Shown here: positions 1 through 11,853 of the stretch, piece by piece | Position numbering within the stretch: position 1 is the first letter of the stretch | Layout: every line of letters begins with the position of its first letter | Assembly: GCF_006345805.1 (NCBI RefSeq) | Contig: NC_042997.1 | Coordinates: 121,458,001-121,522,000, forward strand | Reading direction: 5' to 3' | DNA length: 64,000 nucleotides | Source of the DNA: Octopus sinensis | Lineage: Eukaryota | Program-made: the position numbers and the translations under genes | The notes under the pieces: generated by a model | What the model was told of the DNA's origin: nothing | Database searches by the model: none | The model's input: the letters and a program-made list of their open reading frames with translations, nothing else

Positions 1-240
1 CATAACTTGACACTAAAGCTGAGTGCTCCTATTATGTTGCTTAAGAATCTTGACCCATCTCACCTGTGAAATGCAACTCGTTTAATTGTTATTTCTATGA
101 AGCCTCACATCCTACAGGCAACAATTGCAACAGGTAATCACAAACAAGAAAATGCCTTTATTCCAAAAATTCCACTCGTACCTACAGATGTTCCATTTGA
201 ATTTAAGACGCTTGTTTCCAGTTAAACTATCCTTTTATTA

Positions 241-470
241 TTTTATTTGTTTCAGTCATTTGATTGCGGCCATGCTAGAGCACCACCTTTAGTCGAGCAA
301 ATCGACCCCAGGACTTATTCTTTGTAAGCCTAGAACTTACTCTATCGGTCACTTTTACCGAACCGCTAAGTGACGGGGACGTAAACATACCAGCATCGGT
401 TGTCAAGCGATGTTGGGGGGACAAACACAGACACACAAACATGTACACACACACACACACACATTTATAT

Positions 471-504
<34 letters not shown>

Positions 505-625
505 CATATACGATGGGCTTCTTTCAGTTTTCGTTTACCAAATCCACTCACAAGGCTTTGGTCGAGGCTATAGTAGAAGACACTTGCCCAAGATGCCACA
601 CATTGAGACTGAACCCAGAGCTATG
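241..625 (-). mobile_element. tRNA-derived SINE, family A (Octopus-type; tRNA head + internal microsatellite + tail)
   Basis: Reverse complement of the tail (gtttcagtcatttgattgcggccatgc...) and head (ccaaatccactcacaaggctttggtc...gacacttgcccaag), separated by (CA)n/(TA)n; same layout as 16254-16642. Confidence 0.9.
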
Positions 626-948
626 TTTTGTTTTTTTAGTTAACAAGTCTCAGGGTCAATCTCTGAAGATAATTGCACGTGATCTCTCAACTATGCTTCT
701 CCCATGGCCAAACATGTTGCATGTTCGTGAGATGAATGCAGCAACAACTTATTCATTTCGACACCAACAAAAAGTTACACAATGAATATTGTTTACCCTG
801 AGGGGCTTCAAAATTGACAGATTTTCAGTCCGAAATTCTATTGTCATTACAATTTGGTTATTTTAAAATCAAATATAGATATTTTGAAATAACTATAAGA
901 ATATATCTTTATATTTATTGTTTACTAATCTGAATATGAACAGCTAGG

Positions 949-991
<43 letters not shown>

Positions 992-1009
992 CAATATTAA
1001 ATCTCTGCG

Positions 1010-1520
1010 TATGAAGGAAACGGTAGCAGTACAGAATAGTAAAATATAATTGCCAACTATATGTGGCGGTTCCATTGAGGACGATGCTACTGTTGTTTTT
1101 AGCCCCAAATAGACATCTCCTCCAGCTGGCTAACGACACGCTATCTATGTCCGATTACTATTTGCGAGGGGGAATCATCGTTCCCATCTCTAGCCTTATG
1201 TGATACACATAGACCCGGGTTTCTGAATATTAACCCGTCATTAGTGTGTGATAATTAAGAGCTAGTGGTGAAAACTGATTAAAAATACTATATGCTTTTT
1301 CTGATGACGAGCTGTCGCTGATCTCGAAAGAGGAGAAATATGCAAGATTAAAGCTCTGAGCGAGAAGTAAAGAGTAGCAATACGGAATGGTAAAATATAA
1401 CTGCAAGCTAAACGTGGTGGTTCCATAGAGGACGATACTACTGTTGTTTTTCCCCAGGAGGACATCTCCAGCTGGTTAACGATACACTGTGCCCGATTAG
1501 TATTTGCGAGGATGATTAAG
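1010..1520 (+). repeat. Two tandem diverged copies of an interspersed repeat (family X)
   Basis: gatgctactgttgtttttagcccc...catctcctccagctggctaacgacac near 1083 and again near 1433; the same family occurs at 22854-23090 and 23207-23444. Confidence 0.7.
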
Positions 1521-1759
1521 CATTGTCCTCAATGGGACTGTCACATTTAGTTGGCAATTATATTTTACGATATATATGTATATATATCGTAAATGTATGG
1601 AGAATATTGTGCGAGGGATCTTTCACATTTTATCTTCAATTACGATAGAAATAATTTTACATTAATCTGAGAGGTTACTCTATACTTTTGTAGAGTACAG
1701 TTTTATTATTCACAGCAGAAATATTGAGAGTGTTTTCGAAGTTTCGGCCATCGTTGAAC

Positions 1760-1984
<225 letters not shown>

Positions 1985-2316
1985 TTCGATGTTTACTGAT
2001 ATAATTTTATGAGGTTATTACCTAGATATATTATCACTTTAATGTTTTAGAGACAGATCGTTCGCTCATTTATACCTACGTTTATGCTGTTCTAGATGAA
2101 CACGTTGAAAACGAACGAACTGAAAGTTTTTTCAATAACTTGTCTTTTTTTTTCTCTCTCTCTTTTCTCTACTATTGAGGCAATGATTTTGCATGTCTGT
2201 AGCTCTAATCACACCACTTAAGTATCGAATGTATATTCAAGCATTTCTCTTTTGTATTCAGATGGACATTAGTTTTCACGCCACACATTAGTTTTATATA
2301 TATATATATATATATA

Positions 2317-2357
<41 letters not shown>

Positions 2358-2742
2358 TATACATTATCCGGGCATAGATCAGAAAAAGTGAAAAACCATA
2401 GCAGAATATCCTACATACTTTTGCTGTCAAATGTAATTGCAAACACTATTCATGTAGATATTTGCCAAGACTTGTAAGTTCCTGGAAATATAGGACTATA
2501 ATTCGGTATCAATATTTAATCGATTGAAATCAGTTCACTACTTATGTGTATTTATGGCTTATGTTTTCTTATTTAAGGCATCTAAACCATACATATACGA
2601 TTCCTCCGATACTAAATGCTCAAGTTTTGGTACCTCCATAAAGTGTAACTAATGTTTCGGAAAAAGCTCACAAAATTCACAGCAGTAGCAATTTGTATGT
2701 GTGCATATATGTACATACATTGATCCACACTCATACTTACAC

Positions 2743-2744
<2 letters not shown>

Positions 2745-2817
<73 letters not shown>

Positions 2818-3032
2818 TATGCGTGTGTGTGTGTGTGTATGTGTGTGTGTGGTGTGTGGTGTAGTGTGTGTCTTACTTTTTTACTCTTTTACTCGATTCA
2901 GCCATGCAGACATGGTGGTGCACCACTACAACACACACACACACACACACCACACATACCCACAGATATATATATATATATATATTGATAGATAGATATA
3001 GATATATATATATATAGATAGATAGATAGATC

Positions 3033-3083
<51 letters not shown>

Positions 3084-3305
3084 GTTAAAAGTATATAACT
3101 TAAATACCTTAGCGGGCTAAGAGATTTAATTGTACTGATGTGAGATGTATACATACCTAAATACATATATACATGCATGCATACATGTATGCATACACAC
3201 GCAGTTATGCATAGCTGCATATATTCGTGTGTGTGTATGTGTGTTTGTAATGTGTGTGTGTGTGTGTGTGGTGTGTGTGTGTGTGTGTGTGTGTGTGTGG
3301 TGTGT
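2745..3305. repeat. Compound microsatellite (TA)n/(GT)n/(CA)n/(GATA)n
   Basis: Read directly from the sequence. Confidence 0.95.
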
Positions 3306-3800
3306 ACGTGTGCGTGTATAACGAGGACACAAATAGCGTTGAAAATTTACGTCAGCAAGTTCGGTAAAATTTTGTTGTCCCTAAAACACTGCTGAAACAT
3401 CTGTTTTAATTTTTAAACGCCATTTCTGTTTTCTTTTCTTGTAACTAGAACCAATTCCAGATTTAGATCTACAGTTTAAATTGATTTGGTACTTATCTAC
3501 AGTATTTTACCAGGCCTTGATATCTTCACTGTTATCGTTCCTAGCTATTTCTGGCGTCCTACTTGTTGCTGTGCCCAGATTCTATTGAATCCTGATAACT
3601 AATTCTACTTCTGTCTCCGTTTCATCCAGAGCACTACTACCTATTCTATTCTGTCTCAGACAGAAAACAAAAAGAGTAAAGATAATAATTCAAATACCAT
3701 CTACTTTTAGGTATGGCTATGTGGTTAAGAAGCTCACTTTGCAACCCTGTAATTTCAGGTTCAAACACACTGCCCGGGCTCTTGGGTAAGTGTCATCTTC

Positions 3801-4409
3801 TCTATCTTGATGGAGGACCAATAATTTCATGACAAACTGCTATAAGATTTGTGATATCTTTTTTTACTTGTTTCAGTCACTGACTGCGGCCATGCTGTGG
3901 CACTATCTTAAAGAAAGTTCTGTTGAATGAATCGACCCTATTATTTTTTTTAAACCTGGTACTTATTCTATCGAGCCCTTTGGCTGAACCGCTAAGTTAC
4001 GGGGACGTAAATACACCAACACTGGTTGAGGAGGGACACTGACACACATACACACACATACACAAAGACACGACTGGCTTCCTTCAGCTTCCATCTCCCA
4101 AATCCGCTTTGTGTATGTATGTGTGTGTGTGTGTGCGTCAGTGTCCGCCCCACAACTGCTTCTCAACCAGTGTTGGTGTGTTTACGTCCCCGTAACTTAG
4201 CTGTTCAGCCAAAGAGACCGACAAAATAAGTAGCAGGCTTTAAAAGAAAAATAATAGGGTCGATTCATTCGACTGAACTTTCTTTAAGGTGGTGCCACAG
4301 CATGGCTGCAGTCATTGACTGAAACAAGTAAAAAAAGATATCCCAAATCTTTTAGCAGGTTGTCGTGATCGTTAGTCATGAAATTATTGGTTCACCATCG
4401 AGATATAGA
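3801..4409. repeat. Fold-back duplication of a family A SINE tail plus unique flank
   Basis: 3801-4030 is the reverse complement of 4162-4409, including the non-SINE flank gtcatgaaattattggt...ccatc.agata. Confidence 0.8.
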
Positions 4410-5088
4410 ACGCATAAAACTTTAGTAAGTTTTCTCCCTCGAAGGCAAAGTAACCACTTATATACATCTATAACAGGTTATCTCCCATTTAATGACGTTT
4501 GGCAACGCAAAGCATGCTGCACATTGAATTAAGTGCACCGTAAAGAGACTACCATATATTATTACCTATGTTAACATTCTGGGTAGTATATTCACTAAGG
4601 ATAGCAGTTTGATCAAAACCTCTCATACAAGGAGATTTTATATATTATTTGTTTTATTTTCCTCATTTTCTTTTTTGTTTGGGTTTTTTTTTGTTTTGTT
4701 TTTTTTTTTGCATTATTCCTCATTGAGATAGAAGACAAATACTATAATCAATGCGTGAAAAGGTGGAAGGTTTTCATTGCGTTTCATCAAGATACACTGC
4801 TATAAACATATATGTTCACCGTCTCTTTCGCATGCAAACGTTATTTAGTTATTTATTTATGTTCAGCGCAATAAAAAGTATTATATAACACACCCTTTAT
4901 GCATACGTACATGGGTATGCAGATAAATAGATAGATAGATAGATAGATAAATAGACAGAAAGACATACATACATACATACATAAACACACACGCACTTAT
5001 ACATACATATATATATATATCTATATATATATATATATGTTTGTATGTATGTATGTATGTATGTATGTATCTATCTATCTATCTATCA

Positions 5089-5122
<34 letters not shown>

Positions 5123-5123
5123 C

Positions 5124-5155
<32 letters not shown>

Positions 5156-5419
5156 TATATATATCAAAATACACACACACACACACACACGTATAAGGCT
5201 CAGACAATATATTATTCTGTTGTTTAAAAGTTAACCGAACGTAGCGGTTTTCAACTTCCAGTTTGAAGAGAGGTTTTATATGTATATACGTATCTGACAG
5301 ATGTAAATAAACACCCCATAAAACATCGTTTTATGTCTGTTTTAACTCGAAAAGTTTTATGTTTTATTCATTGGCATTTTTTATGTTTCATGTTCTATAT
5401 GTGACTGTCACGTCACGTG

Positions 5420-6060
5420 CAAAATAAGCCTTGGAACTGTTCGAATTTTAAAGAGGTCGTATTGTGGGTCATTCTGAAGATTGACTTAGCGTAAAATCGC
5501 AGAAAACCTTTGGATCTTGCTTTCTACAGTTAATTCACAAGAGAGGAGGATTCAACATGACATTACCCAAGTCGAGCAGGACCCTCTAACAGGACCCTTT
5601 ATTTTGCTAAGTCAATTGTGCATGATAATCTTCGTTGAAAGACCTCTGACATAGCAGAACAAGTTAGTGTCAGTCCTAGAATGGCTGTCAGGTATCTCCA
5701 CAAACTTGGTTACTATGGCAGAGCAGCAAGAAGGAAGCCACTTCTTTGATCAGCCAACATCAAGCGGAGAAGAGAGTGGAGTGAGATAGTGGAGAGGCCA
5801 CTAGCATTTTGGGACACCGTCATATTCTCTTTTGAACCCAGATTTGCTGTATTTTCTGACAGTGGTCAAGTGTGGGGTTGGAGATTCTGTAATCAAGTAT
5901 TTGACGTGAAAACATAACAGCCAGCAATGAAACATGACAGCTATAGTAATTTGGAGAAGTGGTGGATCAGAGATGGTGGAGTGTGTGGGAAACATAAACT
6001 TAGATAAATGTGCCCATATTGCAAAAAAGATTCTTTCCAATCTTCTCCAGTGGTGAAATG
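5420..6060 (+). mobile_element. Tc1-like transposase relic
   Basis: Interrupted frames give LFEF*RGRIVGHS..., LPKSSR, RYLHKLGYYGRAARRKPLL and WDTVIFS, which are Tc1 HTH and RKKPLL-type motifs; many stops. Confidence 0.8.
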
Positions 6061-6099
6061 ATTAAAGAAAGCTCTTCATTTATGGAAGGTTGGTATCCA

Positions 6100-6349
6100 T
6101 ATACGAGGACGTAAACACACTAGCATCGGTTGTCAAGACATACAAACTTATACACACACATACATATTTATATAAATACATATATACGATGGGCTTCTTT
6201 CAGTTTCCGTCAACCAAATCCACTCGCAAGGCTTTGGTCGGCCATAGGGTATAGTAGAAGACACTTACCCAAAGTGCCACGCAGTGGGACTGAACTCGGA
6301 AACATGTGGTTGGTGAGCAAGCTACTTACCACACAGCCACTCCTGCGCC
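6100..6349 (-). mobile_element. SINE family A, partial
   Basis: Reverse complement of head ggcgcaggagtggctgtgtggtaagtagc ends at 6349. Confidence 0.9.
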
Positions 6350-6374
6350 TCTCTCACTATATATATGTGTGTGT

Positions 6375-6437
<63 letters not shown>

Positions 6438-6500
6438 TTTGTGTGTATCGTTGGCGATTTTTCTCCGTCTTCCTTTCTTTGGACTTTTTCTTCTTTCTAT

Positions 6501-6535
6501 ATTTCTGACGAAAAGCTCCGCTCGAAACGTTAAAT
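6501..6535 (+). ncRNA. Minimal hammerhead ribozyme motif (PLE-type)
   Basis: attt-CTGACGA-A-aagc.tcc.gctc-GAAAC-GT-T-aaat: core boxes present, stem I 4 bp, stem II with one mismatch, palindromic ACGT in place of stem III. Confidence 0.6.
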
Positions 6536-7989
6536 GCTCCTTCTTTCTTTCAATAACACTATACTTATTCCACGTCCTTGCGTTGTTGTGTTTTCTCTTT
6601 GTTCATGTTTCGATTAACTATATATATATACATTTATTCAAGCTGCAAAATTATCACAAGACTGCTACTCAGAGTTTCATGTTCTTATTAGTCGGAGAGT
6701 TGTGATAAAAACTGAATTAAAATTGTGATATTACATGTAATATAGTGTGATACAATATAGTTCAAATACACGAATAAGCATTTAAATTTGATTAGGTTGT
6801 GGATTTTCAAGCCATAACGGTGTAATATTCAGTGCGAGCTAGGTGTTGGGGTGAGGCATGACAAATTACCGGTAAGGTACAAATGTAAATATTATAAGAA
6901 AAGCAAATAAATATTATAAGAAAAACTAATGTGCTTAGAACGGGAGAAAAGTCCAGAAAATATTTGATTAATTAATTAATTAATTGATTGATTAATTGAT
7001 AATAATTCATTAATTGTGAAAAGGGATTGCAAGACGGGTGTTAAAAAAGATAACAATAAGTGATATTCAATAACGAATGTACTGTGTACAATTAAATATA
7101 TACAGATACAAACATATACAGACGTATGTAATTACATACATACATTGCCATATGTAAAATACACACAATCATAACACATAGAAACGTCTACGCATACATA
7201 CACATATACAAACGCGTATAAATATATATATTTATGTGCATACGCGTATACATGCTTCAGATTTGCATATACATACGTATAGATACGCAAGCGTAAGAAA
7301 AGGACAATATAGAAGAAAATGAAAGGAAAGGGAAAGAGATGTAGTTAATTTTGCATGCATGAAGTGGATTCGATCCACCATAGCCAAATTTAAATTAACG
7401 CTGCAACGGAACTGTTCCCATAGTGGAACAATGGTTTTTCTGTAACTGCAGTTTTACATTTTCCGGATTCCTTTAGCTAGGCTGAAATAATGTCTTCACC
7501 ACTTGACCCTTTCTAACCTCTTCAACTTCACCAAAAGCTAGAATAGAGATAACAAGACCACCAACTAAATCTATTGTTCTCAATGATATATCTATCCTTC
7601 TGGATAGTTATATAAGCCAGCACATCCCAAGCAAAAATCAGTTAGTCACAGTCGTGACGACTCAACAGTTAGTCACCTTGGTGACAAACTCGTGAGTTGA
7701 GAGAGAGCTAACATCAGTTAGTGAACTGACCGTTAGAATCATGGAGGCAGACAGACAAAATGGCCAGAGAGAAAAAGAAAGACAATGTCCCACACTCTCT
7801 CACTCTCACTAGCTCCAATTAGGTTCTCTTACAACATTCTATCTCTCTCTGTAATTATTACTAAACAACGAAGAGGACACAAACACAAACTTTACCTCGC
7901 ATGCTTTTGGATGTATCAAAACCTGCATTAATGGTAGAAGCAAGTAGATAAAAGTAGGGAAGAATATGACAATGGGAGACTGGATGTTT

Positions 7990-8420
7990 AAGAACGCTGT
8001 TTCAATGGATCTGTATAAAATTGATCTTTGATATTGAGGGATGGAGAAAGAGAGAATGGTTTGATTGTGATGAAGTACCCAAACATTTCCCGAAATCCAA
8101 GTTGCATCAGCTGAAGATTATGGTGACTATATGCTGGTCTGATCTTGGTGTCGTCCATTACACCTCCTGGAACCTAACCAGAGCATTACATCAGAAGTTT
8201 ACTGCAAGCAACTGGAAGAAATGCATGTTCACTTGAGCAAAATGAGACCTGCACTTGTTATTCGACGTGGTCCGATTCTGCTCCACGACAACGCTTGACC
8301 GCACGTTTCCAGGATTACTCAGTAGGACTTCACAGACTTGGGATACATGACTTTACTATATGACTTTACCATATCCTCCAAATCTCCCACCGACTACCAC
8401 TTTTTGAAGCATTTGAATTA
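7990..8420 (+). mobile_element. mariner (DD34D-type) transposase fragment
   Basis: EWFDCDEVPKHFPKSKLHQLKIMVTICW, then ILLHDNA*PHVS and PYPPNL.PTDYHFLKHL. Confidence 0.85.
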
Positions 8421-8422
8421 TG

Positions 8423-8886
8423 TAGCAATTTAGATGTATTTTAACGTTCCAGTCATAGTTAGTGACAATTTATAATTCTCCTTTTTGATGAAATATTTTA
8501 ACCTGATGTTTATCTTAATCTTGTGTATACACATTAGTGAATCACTAAATCATCCTATCATTTGGATGACGATAAGATATACACTAACAGATAAACAGGT
8601 CCAGAAAAAGCCGAACACCAAGATGGCTTAACTGATGATGGCAACGGAAATTGCCGAAATGACGTCAGTCTTAAGAATTCCCGGTCAGCATTTTTCGGAT
8701 ACTTATGGTCCCTGTTAATGTATATGCTTTCATTCATGGGTGTTAACTACAACATTAGAGCATTTTAGCCCTTATTTCTAGCAATGTAGGTGTTTTTAAC
8801 ACCCTAGTCACATCTAGTGACAATTATAATTCTCTTTTTTGATGAAACATTACAACCTGTTGTTTATATTAATTTTGTGTACACAC
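8423..8886 (+). mobile_element. Tandem terminal repeat (pLTR-like) containing a hammerhead
   Basis: ~110-bp direct repeats at 8423-8533 and 8779-8886 with the hammerhead motif 8627-8675 between them; abuts (CA)n/(TA)n. Confidence 0.55.
8627..8675 (+). ncRNA. Hammerhead ribozyme motif, GUC cleavage triplet
   Basis: cttaa-CTGATGA-t-ggcaa.cggaaa.ttgcc-GAAA-tgacgtca-GTC-ttaag: perfect 5-bp stems I and II, palindromic stem III region. Confidence 0.75.
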
Positions 8887-8899
8887 ACACACACCCACC

Positions 8900-8955
<56 letters not shown>

Positions 8956-9021
8956 TATATATATATATGAAAAACCAAGTAAAAAATAGAAAATGCTAAA
9001 ATAATTTTATAGTGAACATTT

Positions 9022-9059
9022 CAGTACCGGTTTCGGTCATTTTGAGACCTTTTCAACTG
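9022..9059 (-). ncRNA. Minimal hammerhead ribozyme motif with U3-A8 core
   Basis: Minus strand: cag-TTGAAAA-ggtc.tcaaaat.gacc-GAA-ACCGGT-A-ctg. Confidence 0.7.
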
Positions 9060-9404
9060 TGACGATTAAATAATTAAATTTAGAAAAATTAGAAGAAAAG
9101 TTTTCTTAAAAGAATATTTCTATAGTAGTGTTCAGATTTAAGTGGCATTCTGCCTTTCTCTGACTCCCTTGTTTGCACTTGTGTGTTCGAGGTAGTTGTG
9201 AGTTCTTGGTAGGGTAGTAGAGGGAAGGCTGGTGAGGAAAGGGGGGTGGGAGAATCTGGGAGTGCCTGATGGTCGTATTTTGAATGGTCAGTGGCGGCTG
9301 GCAGTCTCAGTTCAATTCAGGAGAATATTTATATTGACAGGCTTGTTTATAGAATTAGCGTAGGTGTTATACTAAAAAACATTAGTGACAAACTTAAGGG
9401 GTAG

Positions 9405-9815
9405 GGGGTGGAGAAAAAGAAGAAGAAGAAGAAAAGAAGAAGGAGAAGAGAGAAGGAGAAGATGATGGTGATGGTGGTGATGATTATGACGACGATGATG
9501 ATGATAACGATGATGATGAAGAAGAAGAAGGAGGAGAAGGAGAAGATGGTGGTGATGATGGTGGCGATGATGATGACGCCGATGATGAGATAACGATGAT
9601 GATGAAGAAGAAGAGAAGAAGAAGAAGAAGGAGAAGGAGAAGGAGAAGATGATGGTGATGGTGGTGATGATTATGACGACGATGATGATGATAACGATGA
9701 TGATGAAGAAGAAGAAGGAGGAGAAGGAGAAGATGGTGGTGATGATGGTGGCGATGATGATGACGCCGATGATGATGATAACGATGATGATGAAGAAGAA
9801 GAAGAAGAAAAAAAC
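9405..9815 (+). repeat. Compound (GAA)/(GAT)/(GGT) trinucleotide repeat with a ~160-bp internal duplication
   Basis: Block at 9453-9612 is repeated at ~9645-9806. Confidence 0.85.
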
Positions 9816-9844
9816 AGAGAAGGGAGAATATGAATGGGTGTAAA

Positions 9845-11555
9845 TATAGCTATGAAGGGGCTGATTAGTAATGGATTCTATGGAGTGTAGTATTTGTGTG
9901 TGTATATATATTTTTTTCTTTTATTCTAAAGTTGAGGTATATTAATTGTTTGTCGTAGACCCGTTAAGAAGTGGCTTGTATTTTGTAATAAAGAGATTTT
10001 CTTTACTTATTCTTTGTCTCGAGGTTGTATCGTCCCTAAATTGGTAGAGGGGGAAAATTCTGAAGTTTGGTGTTTTTTTTGTTGGCGCAAGTATCTATGT
10101 GTTGGCTAAAAGCTATTTTTCTGTTTTGGGGAATTTTTATCTGGGATCTGTGCAGGGCCATTCGTTTACGCAAACCATTTTTTGTTTGGCCTATGTACTG
10201 CTCTTGACACCCGGAGCAGGTTAGTGAGTATATTAGGTTCTCCGAAGCACATGTGAAGTTGCTTTTCACTGTAAACCGTTGTCCCTGTTTGAAGGAGAAC
10301 TCAGAGCCCTCGATTAGATAGTCGCATATCCCGCAATTGGGTCTTCCATTTTTTTACTGTCGGCTTCTGTGTTGAAGAGTGAATTCGGGCTTGTGTAAGG
10401 AGACTTTTCATGGATCTAGGCTGTCTTTTGCTTTTTATGATCGTGTGTGTTTGGAGGATTGTGTTCATTCTGTGGTCTTTTTTTAGGAGGGGTATGTTGT
10501 GGAGGATGGTGTCGAAGGCTTCGTTATTGAGAGGGTTGTGTGTGGAGATGTATGGTAAGGCTTTTGGTTGTAAGTTTTTCTTTGATTTGGGATGTCTCAG
10601 TTCCTTGATGTTAAGTTGAAGGGCACGTTGAATGCACTTGTCAATAAGTGAAGGTGGATAGTTCTGGTGATTAGGGTATCTTTTAGTTCTTGTAGCCGTG
10701 TGTCTCTGGTGTTTGCGTTAGAGACTATAGTGCATATCCTTTTTGCTAGATTGAAGGGGATATTCATCCTGGTGTGTCTGGGGTGGCATGAATTGAATGG
10801 AAGATATTGCTTAGAGTCTGTAGGCTTATAGTATATGTCTGTTTCTATTATATTATTAGCTTTCTTAATGAGGATATCGAGGAAGGGGAGTTGTTGTTGG
10901 CTATATTCCATCGTGAATTGGATGTTTACGTCCAGTCCGTTTAAAATTTTCTGGAATTCTATGAGTTTTTCTATATTTTTATGCCAAACAGTCATCTAGA
11001 TATCTCTTCCAGTTGTTTTCTATGTAGATGGAGAAAGGGCTGCCATATCTTTCTAGAACCTTACGATACAGAGTGATCTCTAGGTATCCTATGACTAGGT
11101 TGGCAAAGGAGGGGGCCATTCGTGTACCCATCGCAGTCCCCGATTTTTGTCGGTAGAAGTTGTCATTGAAGGCGAAGAAGTTATTTTCCAGGATGAATTT
11201 AACCCCTTCTATCACACAATCTTTTTTGATGCGGTGTGGTAGTTCGTTGGCGTGATTCTCTAGCCAGAATTGGATTGCCTCTAGTCCTAGGTTGTGGGGG
11301 ATATTGGAGTAGAGGTTGACTACATCGAAGGATACCAGTATGGTGTTTTTGTTTATAGTATTCGGTAGGTGATTAAGCATATCTAAGTCGTCCCTTATAT
11401 AGCTTTTGACATGTTGAGGAGTGGTTTTAACAGGGTGTCTAAAAAGTTATTGAGGCGGTGGGTTTCGCATGCGGGACCTGCTATTATGGGTCTCAATTTG
11501 AGGTCATTAGGATTAGGGACTTTAATTATTTTGTCTGTAGCTATCTTGCATGCGT
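9845..11555 (-). mobile_element. Penelope-like retroelement (RT + GIY-YIG endonuclease), frameshifted and 5'-truncated
   Basis: LRPIIAGP, SFDVVNLYSNIP, QKSGTAMGTRMAPSFANL, WKRYLDD, LPFLDILI, YYKPTDSKQYL, and GIY-YIG NLIYSLTCSGCQEQYIGQTKNGLRKRMALH, in order across successive ORFs. Confidence 0.95.
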
Positions 11556-11853
11556 TGCATATACATACATACAAATACACGCACGTACATAGATATATAC
11601 ATTACGTATAACATAACACACACAGAGATTATATATATATATATATATATATATATTTTTATATATATACATATAATCATACCGTCATAGAATGATACCG
11701 TTTAATGAGTTAAATGCATTCAAGCAAGGGAAAATATAGTGTGGGAAATTTGAGTCTGTCGTCCGTAAACGAAACCAATAACTGAATAAAATAATTTAAC
11801 ACGTTTTTTAGGTGGCATCATACAGTGAGATGTGGCATTTTGAGCGGAAAATT

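Noticed and set aside
1296-1340. CTGATGA...GAAA hammerhead-like motif
   Set aside because: No NUH/stem III and no stem I partner after GAAA
3500-3665. Possible minus-strand exon with a pyrimidine tract and gtaaaa donor
   Set aside because: Stop codons in all three frames between the candidate splice sites
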